From the IMG/VR virus record IMGVR_UViG_3300036820_000006, positions 35,276 to 99,275 of that record: a stretch of 64,000 nt of DNA; one strand, 5' to 3'. Of the stretch, positions 54,193-64,000 are shown piece after piece. A program made the position numbers and the translations under genes. The stretch comes from a virus. The notes below the pieces were generated by a model. The model searched no databases, was not told the DNA's origin, and saw only the letters and a program-made list of their open reading frames with translations. Position 1 is the first letter of the stretch, and the number at the start of each line of letters is the position of its first letter.

Positions 54193-56451
54193 GTGAGCAT
54201 CTACCGTAAATCCCCGCTGCTGAACGACGCGCTCGAAGCGTTAGACCACAGGCTCGCTCTCGCAAAGCAACATTTACCCAAATCCATCTCTGAAGAACAA
54301 ACCGCTTATGCATGGACTTTACTTTCCGCGCTTGAATTGGATTTCATTCGCGAGGAATTGGATCAGTGCATCGCCAGCCGCATTTATTATCTTGAAACCT
54401 ATCACTGCATTATTCCTGAGTCAGGCCAGATAAAGACACTTGCGGGCTTGTGGGATCACCAGCTCCAAGTTGAAGAGGCACTGGAGAAGGAAATCCAAGA
54501 GACTGGGCAGGGTAAGATTATCGTGCTCAAGCCTCGCCAAGCGGGGATCACAGAATACGCTACTGGCGTAATGTGCTGGCGGACTTTCTTTCTTCCTTAT
54601 GCATATACTATCTCTGTGGCGCAGGACCCTAGTGTTGCCGCTCATATTCAGCGCAAAGTAAATGGTGCTTACGATCACCTGCCGTGGTGGATGCGGCCTG
54701 AGCGCCAATATCATAATAAAGGTGAATATATTGAATACAACCGTAAAGCTCTGGATGAACGTTCTACCGATCCGGGCTTAGGTTCAGTCTACGTTACTAC
54801 TCATGCTGCGCGTGATACGGGCGTGGCTATCGGGAAAACTGTACGCAGCGCTCACTTCTCGGAAGTTTCGCGTTGGCCAAGCGGTGAAATTTATACCGCT
54901 GACATCGAGCCGTCGATGAACGCCTCTGATACAGTAGCTATCTGTGAGTCTACTGCGTTAGGAACCGGAAATTTTTTCCATCGTCTGTGGCAGGAAGCAG
55001 AAGCAGGAGACTCGGACTGGACCCCGGTATTCCTGCCGGTATACCGCGCGAAGAAATTCTCTCTCCCAATCAAACCCGCACAGCAACCTTTTACGCTTAC
55101 TGAAGCTGAGCAAGCTATCAGAGAGCGCGTTCAGCTAGAGGAAGGATTCCAAGTTGCGGATGAATTCTTCAACTGGCGGCGCAAGCGGGTAAAATCTGCT
55201 ATTGCGCGCACTGGTTATCCTTATGCGCATTACGAATCATACCCACTAACTGCGCGCGAAGCGTTTCAATCTTCCGGCTACTCAGTGTTTCCGCGCCACA
55301 AGCTTGATGAGATGGCACAGACGGAAATCCGTCGTCCGGTTTGGGTGGGCGAGATCGCTTATCAAGGTTTGAACGCTGCGCCGAAACTCTTACTCAATAA
55401 CATGCTCAGCCCTGACGGTAGCGGATATCTTGATATCCGATTAGAACGGCGCGAACACACCAACCGGTTATATCTGTGGGAGCTGCCCGACCCTAGGTTC
55501 AAATATTACATTGGATCAGATATTGCAGATGGCAACGGTGGAGATTTCTCAGTAGCTGAAATCTTCCGCGCGGGCACCGTACGCGAACCCGATGTGCAAG
55601 TCGGCGAGTGGGTGGGCTGGGAGCAGCCGGTAGCATTCGCGCGCGTCTTATATGCGCTGGGCACCTATTACAACCGCTGCGAGATCGCAGTCGAGTACGC
55701 TAAAGAAGGCATGACCACTGCTAATTATCTGATGAACGATATGGAGTATCCGAATCTCTACCGCCCGCGAGCCAGAGACCGCATCAAAGCCACTTTCGCT
55801 AGCTTTATGCACTGGCAGACTACCTCGCGCACGAAACCGCTGCTCGTGACCACGATGAACGAGGCGTTGCTAGAAGGTACAGTTATCATCCGCTCGCAAT
55901 ATCTGCTGGATGAGATGTATGCGTTCTCGCGGGACGGCTCAGGATATTCGGGATTGAACTCGCATGATGATTCAGTAATGGCCGGAGCAATTTGTGTGTT
56001 CTGCCTGCGCGAAACTTTACCTGAGATGCGGCCGATGACCGGCCAGGCGGAGGACGGGAAAAATCTCACTCCCACCGCTGGGGCGCGCGCTACGGGCGGC
56101 GCTGTCATTTATGGCTTATATGACCAGTTTATGCGCCTGCTGAAGCAAACGCGCAACCTGCAGGAGGCTGAGCGCTTGGCCGCTGAGCATTCATGGCATA
56201 TCAAACCTATTCGCGTGACGAAAGCGAACACCGCGTTCTCACCTATCCATCATGGATCAGGTTTAGAGGGTAGGATGTATCGCGAATATGGAGTTGACCC
56301 ATGGGGGATCACGCCGACAGCGGTTAGCTTGTTCAGAGAAGCATCGCAGGGTAGAGGCGCACAGCCGCCGCTGAGCGGGCGCGAGGGTTTGACGGCTGAG
56401 GAGATGAATGAGCAGTTGATGGCTGGAGTTTCTGAAACCGACTGGGATTAG
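54193..56451 (+). CDS. terL: Terminase large subunit
   Basis: LKPRQAGIT Walker A, HFSEVS Walker B, ESTA motif III, and RNase H-like YIGSDIADG..GDFS, AVE and HDDSVMA. Confidence 0.92.
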   Translation: MSIYRKSPLLNDALEALDHRLALAKQHLPKSISEEQTAYAWTLLSALELDFIREELDQCIASRIYYLETYHCIIPESGQIKTLAGLWDHQLQVEEALEKEIQETGQGKIIVLKPRQAGITEYATGVMCWRTFFLPYAYTISVAQDPSVAAHIQRKVNGAYDHLPWWMRPERQYHNKGEYIEYNRKALDERSTDPGLGSVYVTTHAARDTGVAIGKTVRSAHFSEVSRWPSGEIYTADIEPSMNASDTVAICESTALGTGNFFHRLWQEAEAGDSDWTPVFLPVYRAKKFSLPIKPAQQPFTLTEAEQAIRERVQLEEGFQVADEFFNWRRKRVKSAIARTGYPYAHYESYPLTAREAFQSSGYSVFPRHKLDEMAQTEIRRPVWVGEIAYQGLNAAPKLLLNNMLSPDGSGYLDIRLERREHTNRLYLWELPDPRFKYYIGSDIADGNGGDFSVAEIFRAGTVREPDVQVGEWVGWEQPVAFARVLYALGTYYNRCEIAVEYAKEGMTTANYLMNDMEYPNLYRPRARDRIKATFASFMHWQTTSRTKPLLVTTMNEALLEGTVIIRSQYLLDEMYAFSRDGSGYSGLNSHDDSVMAGAICVFCLRETLPEMRPMTGQAEDGKNLTPTAGARATGGAVIYGLYDQFMRLLKQTRNLQEAERLAAEHSWHIKPIRVTKANTAFSPIHHGSGLEGRMYREYGVDPWGITPTAVSLFREASQGRGAQPPLSGREGLTAEEMNEQLMAGVSETDWD

Positions 56452-56459
56452 TTAGAAAA

Positions 56460-57020
56460 TTACCCCCACTGCTCTGCCATCGCATTAGCGATACCTTGTA
56501 AGGTAATCGAGCGTCGCTGTTGGCGGGTGAGGCCGTTTTTTGTGCCGGGTGATTCATAATGAACGCGGGGCACGCGGCCTTCAACGATTTGTGTAGGCTG
56601 AAGGTGTGGAAGATTATTGAGCCACAGACAGGTTGCTTTCGTCTCGCCATGCCCGAACATCCATGGCTGCACAATCTGATCCGGTCGCCGATAGCGGGTG
56701 GACATAACCCCAATGGGATTTTCTATGCACACCTTAGGAGCGCAATCGGTGAACGTCATAAACAGTTTTATGGCTTCTTCCTGCTCCTTGCGACGATCCT
56801 TGAACCAACGCGCACCAGACACGGCTAGGTGAGTGCATGGGGGATGGGCGATCACCAAATCCCATAACGATGCGCGAGCAACCGAAACGGCATCCTGCTG
56901 CAAATGAAACTTGCTACCGTCCGTAGCAGGCAACAAGTCACAACTCCATACATCATGCCCACGAGCACGAAACGCTTCTCGTACAACACCGCTAAACTCA
57001 CACGCTATGAGCACTTTCAT
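56460..57020 (-). CDS. Short DNA cytosine methyltransferase-like protein
   Basis: VLIACEFSG, SCDL, AHPPC, IENP and KATCLWL. Confidence 0.85.
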   Translation of the reverse strand: MKVLIACEFSGVVREAFRARGHDVWSCDLLPATDGSKFHLQQDAVSVARASLWDLVIAHPPCTHLAVSGARWFKDRRKEQEEAIKLFMTFTDCAPKVCIENPIGVMSTRYRRPDQIVQPWMFGHGETKATCLWLNNLPHLQPTQIVEGRVPRVHYESPGTKNGLTRQQRRSITLQGIANAMAEQWG

Positions 57021-57454
57021 TTGGTGCCAATCACCGATTGTTTTACCTTCCGAAACTTCTCACAATCCTTCAACTTCGCGCACGCCGCGCACAATCCCAC
57101 TTCAGCATAGCTTGGCTTGCTCGCGCGCAGCCATTCAACCGCGCGGCAATAATGCCCGCTAGCATAGCAGCTCGCGCAGAACTCCTCGCGCTCAACGCTG
57201 GGCTCAGTGTCGCGCACGCGCTTGCGCCTCTTCTGTGCGGCTGTCCTGGCTCCACTCATGCAATTTCAGCGTTACACAAATCGCTATCGCTGCTACCATC
57301 GCCACTGTGGCTATTGCTGCCGCTACGACTGTTGCTGTTATCCACATGCACATGGTCCACGCCCCTCCCGAAGCGTTTTCCTCAGCTTACTCCTAACCCG
57401 CTTGACATCCACCAGTATACATGAAACGATGTTCCACAATCTAGAGGCTTCACG

Positions 57455-58066
57455 ATGAACTCCTCCGACAAGCAGTTGCCGATCTTCTGCCCAATTTGCG
57501 ATCAATCTGGCATGGAATCGCTCATGCAGAAGGTCCGTCATACCGCTTCCCCTGATGGTCAGATGACGGTGCGCTGCGCGCGCGGCCACGAATACGACTA
57601 CCAGCGCCTGCTCGAACTCAAGCCACGTATGCAGAAGCTGCAGCTTACCGAGAAACAGCCAGTGAACACCGTCGCGCAGCAGTTCTGGGTCTACCCTGAA
57701 GTCCTCTCCGCGCTGCAGCGCCGGTTCCCCCAGAATTTTATGACCACAATCTGCGCTGCCTTGACCGCACTCGCCGATCCGGACACCGTGATGATCGAAG
57801 GGGAGCATGCGCGCGCGCTGCGCGCTACTGGGGTGGCACGCGGCCGTGACATCGTAGGGCTCGCCGCTGAGAATGCCCGTCTCACTACGCAGGTAAACGA
57901 GCTGAAGATTCAGATGAAGGTGCTGGAACCCTTTCTTAAAGCTATCGGCGGGCAGCTACCGACTGGTGAAACCGCCGAGGAAGTCGGCGCGACGGTGGAA
58001 TATGCCACTGATGCCATGGGTGCTAAGGTGCATGGCATTCCCGCGCCCAAGCTAGGAGCACGGTAG
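57455..58066 (+). CDS. Hypothetical zinc-finger protein
   Basis: CPIC...CARGH with a coiled-coil C-terminus. Confidence 0.55.
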   Translation: MNSSDKQLPIFCPICDQSGMESLMQKVRHTASPDGQMTVRCARGHEYDYQRLLELKPRMQKLQLTEKQPVNTVAQQFWVYPEVLSALQRRFPQNFMTTICAALTALADPDTVMIEGEHARALRATGVARGRDIVGLAAENARLTTQVNELKIQMKVLEPFLKAIGGQLPTGETAEEVGATVEYATDAMGAKVHGIPAPKLGAR

Positions 58067-58071
58067 CAGTC

Positions 58072-59337
58072 ATGTCCACACCGCTGCTTATACTTTCCGA
58101 CTCTGTTTCCACCAACTCCGGGCTGGCGCGCATCGCGCGAGAACTCGCTACGCGCATTCACCAGCATCTGCCAGAATTCCGCGTGGCAACTTGCGGCTTG
58201 GGCGGCGGCTACACCGCATCTGTTCCCTTTCCTAATTATCCTGTCTCGATTCGCCCTGGGCATAATCCCACTGTGGTGGAAGACCTACCTCAAATCTGGG
58301 CGGACTTCACAGATAGCCCTGCCACGAACAGTTGCGCCGCAGGCAGCCGCGCCACCGCAGGCAGCCACACTGGCGGTATCCTCCTCGCGATCTGGAACTC
58401 GTCATGGCTGGAGTGGCTGGCCAACCCGTACACACTACCGGAAGGCAAGCTCAAAGATTTCCTGATCGCCGACCCTTTCGAACGCTGGGCTTATCTGCCC
58501 CAAGATGGCCATTGCGCCAATCTCCTGCTGCCGGAATCGCAAGCTAAAATCGTCGCTTCATTCGACCGCGTGCTGGGTTATAACCACTATGGCGCGGACT
58601 TGATGACGCGCTCGGTAGCGCCTTACCCTAATCACAAACAACAACGGCCGTTTCCGCACTTGCCACATGGCACTGATACCTCAGTGTTCTATCCGCGTGA
58701 TCGTGCTGAAGCGCGACGTTACTTCCCCACGCGCGTGGCCAACTCGCCTATAGACCTACCGATCCGCGAGGGCGCTTTCATGCTAGGCGTTAACGCTACT
58801 AACACGCCACGCAAGGATTGGCATCTAGCCTTCGAAGTAGCTGCTGAGTTGAAGATGCGCGGCCGCAACGTCGGCATCTGGGCACACACTAACACGTCGC
58901 GCGCCTACTGGGACATCAGTGACCTCGCGCGCATATTTCAACTCTCTGATCGCATGATGCTGACTACTCACCAGCTCACCGATGAGCAACTAGCCTGGGG
59001 TTACTCAGCGATGGATTGCGTGCTTGGCATCGCTTCTGGTGGAGGCTGGGAGTTGGTTCATAGCGAAGCGCTGGCTTGTGGCACGCCGGTCGTGCATGGC
59101 AACTATGCAGGCGGCGCAGAGTTCCTTCCCAAAGAGTTCTTAGTCGAGCCGAAAATCTATCGCGGAGAAGGCGCTTTCAGCATGCAACGTCCGCACTTTG
59201 CCGCGAGCGACTGGGCGGACGCTGTAGAGCGGGCTGTAGAGATGCGTCAGTTAGCTAAACTCCCTAGCTATATCTCATGGGACGAAGCCTGGCCTCAGTG
59301 GGTGGAATGGCTTCTTCGGGGCGTGGAGGGAGTATGA
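58072..59337 (+). CDS. GT-B (GT4-like) glycosyltransferase
   Basis: SGLARIAREL, PHGTD..VFYP, N.PRK and GGWEL..SEALACGTPVV. Confidence 0.85.
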   Translation: MSTPLLILSDSVSTNSGLARIARELATRIHQHLPEFRVATCGLGGGYTASVPFPNYPVSIRPGHNPTVVEDLPQIWADFTDSPATNSCAAGSRATAGSHTGGILLAIWNSSWLEWLANPYTLPEGKLKDFLIADPFERWAYLPQDGHCANLLLPESQAKIVASFDRVLGYNHYGADLMTRSVAPYPNHKQQRPFPHLPHGTDTSVFYPRDRAEARRYFPTRVANSPIDLPIREGAFMLGVNATNTPRKDWHLAFEVAAELKMRGRNVGIWAHTNTSRAYWDISDLARIFQLSDRMMLTTHQLTDEQLAWGYSAMDCVLGIASGGGWELVHSEALACGTPVVHGNYAGGAEFLPKEFLVEPKIYRGEGAFSMQRPHFAASDWADAVERAVEMRQLAKLPSYISWDEAWPQWVEWLLRGVEGV

Positions 59338-60350
59338 ATGAACGACTTATACTATTTGGCGCGGGCGCAGCCGGACGATACTGTCTGCGTTATTTACGTG
59401 AGCATGGCATCGAGCCTTACACTTTCGTTGACAACGATCCAGCCAAGCAAGGCACTTATATTGACGGAATCGCGGTAGTGAGTCCTGCTAGCGCGCTAGC
59501 AGTAGCCCCACCGAACACCGAGTGGATCGCCTGCGCCATCTCGCGCCCGGCCGCTACCGAAATCCGTGCCGAACTGCGCACACTAGGTGTGCCGACTAAA
59601 CCGCTCTGGGAATGCCTCCCAGTCTGCCACGGCCTGCCACCGGATAACGCTGTGCCGCTACTAGCTGACACGCGTTCTGTGGAGTTCTATGCTGACCAGA
59701 TCGCGTTCCGCCAGTTTCCCGATTATGATCGCCAATGCGATCCTGAACCCTGCAGCGAAATCTACTTCCCTAATTTCATCCAGCATCGCGATGATGAGCA
59801 CTATGTTGACTGTGGCGCGGCCAACGGTGATACCGTGCAGGAGTTCTGTAAGCGTTGGCCCAAATACCGCAACATAACCGCCATCGAAGCTGACCCAGCT
59901 AATTTTCATTCTCTCGAAGCTCAAACTGAAGCCGTCGCTAATATCACGCTGCTGCGCGCCGCCGTAAGCGATCACCGAGGCGAGATTACATTTCAATCCA
60001 ATGCTGATTGGTCATCACATATCGCTGAACGCGGGCGCGGCGAGCGCGGCAACACATCTGTATTCTGCAACACGCTCGACAACATGGTGAATGATCCCAG
60101 TTATATCAAGTTCGATATTGAGGGTCACGAACTAGCAGCGCTCTGGGGTGCGCGCCAGATTATCGCCGAGCATTCGCCAGTTTTAGCTATCTGCGCGTAT
60201 CACACTTCGGATCATCTCTGGCAGATACCGGCGCTAGTGCGATTTCTGAATCCTAGCTATAAGCTATTTTTTCGGCGCTATGCTGAGGGTGCTTTTGAGT
60301 TAGTTTGGTATTGCGTGCCGGAGGCTCGATGGAGCAGAACTCGGAAGTAA
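59334..60350 (+). CDS. FkbM-family methyltransferase with a Rossmann-like N-terminus
   Basis: ILFGAGAAG, YVDCGAANGD, IKFDIEGHE and LAICAYH. Confidence 0.88.
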   Translation: MNERLILFGAGAAGRYCLRYLREHGIEPYTFVDNDPAKQGTYIDGIAVVSPASALAVAPPNTEWIACAISRPAATEIRAELRTLGVPTKPLWECLPVCHGLPPDNAVPLLADTRSVEFYADQIAFRQFPDYDRQCDPEPCSEIYFPNFIQHRDDEHYVDCGAANGDTVQEFCKRWPKYRNITAIEADPANFHSLEAQTEAVANITLLRAAVSDHRGEITFQSNADWSSHIAERGRGERGNTSVFCNTLDNMVNDPSYIKFDIEGHELAALWGARQIIAEHSPVLAICAYHTSDHLWQIPALVRFLNPSYKLFFRRYAEGAFELVWYCVPEARWSRTRK

Positions 60351-61129
60351 CTTATCACCCCGCCGTTATTATGTTCTATAACACCACCGAGGCCCAGCTC
60401 GCGCTCAGCAAAGCTGCGCTTGAATCGCTGTTTGCGCAGGACATCCCGCTTGACATTATCGCGATCAACAATGGCAGCACGTTGCCCACACACGAGTGGC
60501 TGCACAACACGAAAGAATCCTACCCCCACTCAGATCGGCACCGGTTTCGCATCCTCACCCAAGAGCAGAACACTTCTCCTGTGCAAATCGTCAATTCAGT
60601 ATTCTGCGATGTGTTAATAGGGATGCGTTACTCTTACGTCCTTGGCGTACCGAACGACGTTGTGCTGCCGCCGAATTTCTATTCCGAGCTACTTAAGTGG
60701 CCACGTGGCATCATTACCGCCTCCATGACCGATGACCTGAAATTTCCTACGCTCTCGCACGATCAAATCTGTGCAGTCAGTGAATGCACACCTTTAGCGG
60801 TAGGATTGTTCCGCCGTTGGGTTTATGAGGCGCTTGTCACGAAAGATGGCTACTTTCTCGATCCGGGATATTTCCATTACGCTTCCGATTGCGATATGGC
60901 CTTGCGCATCTCAGCGCTAGGCATACGAGGAGTTCAGCTTAACATTCCTTACTTCCACTCCGGTTCAGCATCGTGGCGCAAAGCTACTGCAGATGTGGCA
61001 CACGAGATCACTCAGCAAGCTGACCGGGACCGGGATTATTTCACACGCAAGTGGGGCTACTCAGTTTCGGCACCGGACTACGCGCAGTGCTGTGGCGACA
61101 TCAACTTTCGCGCCGAATCGAAATGCTAG
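60329..61129 (+). CDS. GT-A (GT2-like) glycosyltransferase
   Basis: INNGST, PNDV, LDPGYFHYASDCDMALR and YFTRKWG. Confidence 0.82.
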   Translation: MEQNSEVTYHPAVIMFYNTTEAQLALSKAALESLFAQDIPLDIIAINNGSTLPTHEWLHNTKESYPHSDRHRFRILTQEQNTSPVQIVNSVFCDVLIGMRYSYVLGVPNDVVLPPNFYSELLKWPRGIITASMTDDLKFPTLSHDQICAVSECTPLAVGLFRRWVYEALVTKDGYFLDPGYFHYASDCDMALRISALGIRGVQLNIPYFHSGSASWRKATADVAHEITQQADRDRDYFTRKWGYSVSAPDYAQCCGDINFRAESKC

Positions 61130-61143
61130 GAGGGAACCACTAG

Positions 61144-61311
61144 ATGCTTATCCGCATTACAGCTCCTCATTTCTGCGCTGGTGTTGTCATCGTTGATGGC
61201 AAGGTCACTCGCTGCGCGCCGATTCTTCGTTACATGCGCGGATGGATCACGGACAGTGTTCACGCTTACTGCAAGTTCAAGCATTGGCAGGCAGAGAACC
61301 TTGGCGAATAA
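61144..61311 (+). CDS. Small conserved phage protein (55 aa)
   Basis: AGGAGG SD. MLIRITAPHFCAG...APILRYMRGW. Confidence 0.55.
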   Translation: MLIRITAPHFCAGVVIVDGKVTRCAPILRYMRGWITDSVHAYCKFKHWQAENLGE

Positions 61312-61350
61312 CCTTTACTCCCGTCGCCCGCTTGTGCGATGCTGCCCGCG

Positions 61351-63228
61351 ATGGCCTCCGCCGCGCTTCCAATTTCCGCTTCGAACTCACCCCTCCCCAC
61401 GCGGGACGGCACGCGCACGGGCGCACGCAGCCAGCATGACCTCCCTCCTACGCTGCTGCACGATGAAGTAGTCGCATGGTGTGAATCTGCTCTGCGCCAA
61501 GCTGAAGAGGAGGCTTCTCAGCTCACCTCCACCAAGCTCATCCCGCGCATTCAGCAATATCTCTCGAATAACCAATGGCCCTCGCGACCGACCGCCTATG
61601 GCACATCACGTCCAGTTGTGAATCGGATGTTCCGCCAATACTGGGAACTTGTATCACTCTTAACCGATGGCAACCCTGAACCAGAAATCAAGGTGTTCGA
61701 TCAACGCAACGCTTACTCATCCACGGAAGCGCTGCTCTCGCAACTGTTAGAATACTGGGCCTCGCATCCGCGCTATCACGACGCGCTACAGGACGTGATC
61801 GGGTATGGATTGCTGGCGCGGGGCATCGGCAAAATTCAGTGGAACCCGCGCCTCTCGGGAGGCATGGGCGATGTCGAGCTGCTAAACATCGACCCGTTGA
61901 AGTTCTACACACTAGGCGGCGATGGCCGCGTTGAGAACGCTGAGTGCTGTATCGAAGCTCGCGTGGTCACACTAGCCTCGCTCAAGCGTCGCTTTGGGCA
62001 ACTCGCCGAAGGTATCGAGCCGGACGCAATGACATCACCCGCAGCGATGACCCAGGTGATGCGCCCCAGAGCGCTTTCATCGTCGGAATGGTCGAAACTG
62101 TCGCCGCAAATGCGCCGCGTTATCGGTGACAAGTCTTCTGGGCAGGTGGATAACATTTATCCGGTCCTGAACCAGTACCTGCTGTGGGTGCTCGATCCCG
62201 CGCTGAATGAAGGCTCTACTACCATACGCGTTGGTCCTGAGCATGCTAACTGGGGCTATCACGTTGAGCCGGGCATGCCGCTGTTTCCGCGCGGCCGCGT
62301 TATCACAATGGCCGGGAAACGCATTCTGAACGACACCTGCAATCCGTATTTCTTCGCGCATCATCCTTACGTCGAGATGGTGCCGCTGCGCGCACCGTGG
62401 AATCCTGAAGGCATGTCGCTGATGGGGAACCAGATCGGCCCGCAGGACATCATCAACCGGATTACAGCGGGCTTATTGGAGACGATCAAAGCCTCCCTGA
62501 TCCCGACGATCATCACACCTAAAAATGCGATCTCACGCGGCGATTTGGACAACCTCTCGACCACTATTTCCGGTGGCAAGATGGAATACGATGTGCTGCG
62601 CTCGGGCGGCATGGCACCGAAGTTCCGCGACGCGCCGCAGATTCCCCAGCTCGCGATGACATTCCTGCAGGACCTGCGCCGTGAGATGGATCAGACCACT
62701 GGAGCCGCTGCGGTGGATGCGGCCGCGCAGAAGGAACAAATTCCTTCGCACGACACCATGGAGCTTATTCAAAATTCACGCTCCAGTATGGTCAGGATCA
62801 TGGGACGCTCGCTGGAGAATTTTATGAACCGTGCAGGCCAGATGGTCGTTAGCACGATGCTGCAATTCTATTCAGTCGGCCATCGTGTCGCTATCTTGGG
62901 TGAGCGCGGCATCACCGCGAATGATTTTTCACCGCTGTATGGTTCGCTGATGGAGGGGGGCATGGCACCAGAAGAGTTCGTGCGCAAGTTCCAGTTTGCG
63001 ATCCGGCCAGGCAGCGCCCTCAGCTTCTCGGATGACGTGCGCGCTCAGGCAGCAATGTTGCTGCGGCGTTCAGGTGATCTGTCGCGTAACAATCTGTTCC
63101 GCGCGCTCAAAGCCAACATTGATACCAATTTGAATGAGCAGGAGCTGCAGGCGGAGATGATGCAGAAGCTGGCAATGGCGGCACTGGCGGGGCAGGCAGC
63201 GGGCGGCGCGAAGCAGCAGGGGAGATAG
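61351..63228 (+). CDS. Portal protein (P22-like)
   Basis: About 625 aa after terL. PVVNR, G.GKIQWNP, IDPLKF and QDIINR patterns. Confidence 0.78.
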   Translation: MASAALPISASNSPLPTRDGTRTGARSQHDLPPTLLHDEVVAWCESALRQAEEEASQLTSTKLIPRIQQYLSNNQWPSRPTAYGTSRPVVNRMFRQYWELVSLLTDGNPEPEIKVFDQRNAYSSTEALLSQLLEYWASHPRYHDALQDVIGYGLLARGIGKIQWNPRLSGGMGDVELLNIDPLKFYTLGGDGRVENAECCIEARVVTLASLKRRFGQLAEGIEPDAMTSPAAMTQVMRPRALSSSEWSKLSPQMRRVIGDKSSGQVDNIYPVLNQYLLWVLDPALNEGSTTIRVGPEHANWGYHVEPGMPLFPRGRVITMAGKRILNDTCNPYFFAHHPYVEMVPLRAPWNPEGMSLMGNQIGPQDIINRITAGLLETIKASLIPTIITPKNAISRGDLDNLSTTISGGKMEYDVLRSGGMAPKFRDAPQIPQLAMTFLQDLRREMDQTTGAAAVDAAAQKEQIPSHDTMELIQNSRSSMVRIMGRSLENFMNRAGQMVVSTMLQFYSVGHRVAILGERGITANDFSPLYGSLMEGGMAPEEFVRKFQFAIRPGSALSFSDDVRAQAAMLLRRSGDLSRNNLFRALKANIDTNLNEQELQAEMMQKLAMAALAGQAAGGAKQQGR

Positions 63229-63245
63229 CCTAGCGCCAGTTCAGT

Positions 63246-63440
63246 TCAGCGTAACAGTGGGTGCCCGCCAGCCCCCGCTAGCGGGAGCAAGAAGTAAATC
63301 AGCACAATTACAAAAATGATCGCTATCACCACGCGCACCCACTGCAACATCGGCGGCGGCAACGGAATCAGCGTTATCACCCACCAGATCAGTGCGAAGA
63401 TCAGCAACAGAATAAGCAGAGTCACGAGCACTGAAAGCAT
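63246..63440 (-). CDS. Small two-TM membrane protein
   Basis: GGAGG SD. MLSVLVTLLILLLIFALIWWVITLIPLPPP... Confidence 0.7.
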   Translation of the reverse strand: MLSVLVTLLILLLIFALIWWVITLIPLPPPMLQWVRVVIAIIFVIVLIYFLLPLAGAGGHPLLR

Positions 63441-63920
63441 AATGCCTCCCTCTGATGCAGCATTCCTGATGCGGCCTGTCTCCGCCAAGGATGAGATGGC
63501 TGGGCAGCTCGGTATGTTGCGCTGGGTACCTAGCTTGACACCTAATTCTACCTGCGCTATTCTACCCATATATCCAGCCTAACTAAGGCTGTGGAGGATT
63601 GTGATGCGCGTCAAGATCAGCACCCCCGTGGAGGCCAACATGACAGCACTCTAGGAGGGTGCCTGTCATGTCCAACGCACATGCTTGGAGACATCGCTCT
63701 GGCCGAGGGAAACCTTGCCCCAGCGATTGTATCTACTGCAAGAGCCGTCCCAGCGACGGCGGTTATCACAACAAAAACGGCCATCGTCGTAATCCGGCTC
63801 GTAAAAAGAAAAGTCGGCGTAAGCCTACCGCCAACGTCACAAAATAACTAGACATCTCCCAACCGAGCGCGCTACCTTCATCAGAAGGAGCGCGTTCTTC
63901 TTTGCGCGCACGTTTACGCG

Positions 63921-64000
63921 ATGCCATTCAAATCCAAGGCGCAGCAACGCTTCATGTTCGCGGCGGAATCGCGTGGGCAGCTCCCGCGCGGCATGGCAGA
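63921..64000 (+). CDS. Small phage protein, 3'-truncated by the window
   Basis: MPFKSKAQQRFMFAAE start typical of head-region small ORFs. Confidence 0.55.
   Translation, partial: MPFKSKAQQRFMFAAESRGQLPRGMA

Overview
This window is about 64 kb of a tailed dsDNA phage genome. An Acidobacteriota-like host is a weak inference. Layout: large secreted/tail-type proteins and a lysis cassette (1-8.3 kb, +); a leftward arm (8.3-45.8 kb) with small ORFs, a UDG-fused family A DNA polymerase carrying an intein, a PIF1/RecD-like helicase, a tRNA/ncRNA cluster, a recombination module, an AAA helicase with an iteron-like origin and early genes; a strand switch near 46 kb; then a rightward arm with terminase, a glycosyltransferase/methyltransferase cluster and portal. 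Main finding: five intergenic arrays of strictly phased pentamers (117 units). Each unit is a conserved triplet (CGY on the transcribed strand, always within one mismatch) plus a variable dinucleotide. Two arrays share an operon with a RAMP/Cas7-like gene (3'-truncated here) and a wHTH-like gene. Reading the variable dinucleotides as codon positions 1-2 with the third base skipped can spell QRFTIAHELGHYLL, the ImmA/IrrE metalloprotease motif, and TIDVEDWF in another array. This suggests a gapped, wobble-blind RNA-guide system. Several homopolymer frameshifts and two gene-fusion junctions may be sequencing or assembly artefacts. All family assignments are by motif recognition from memory; no searches were run.
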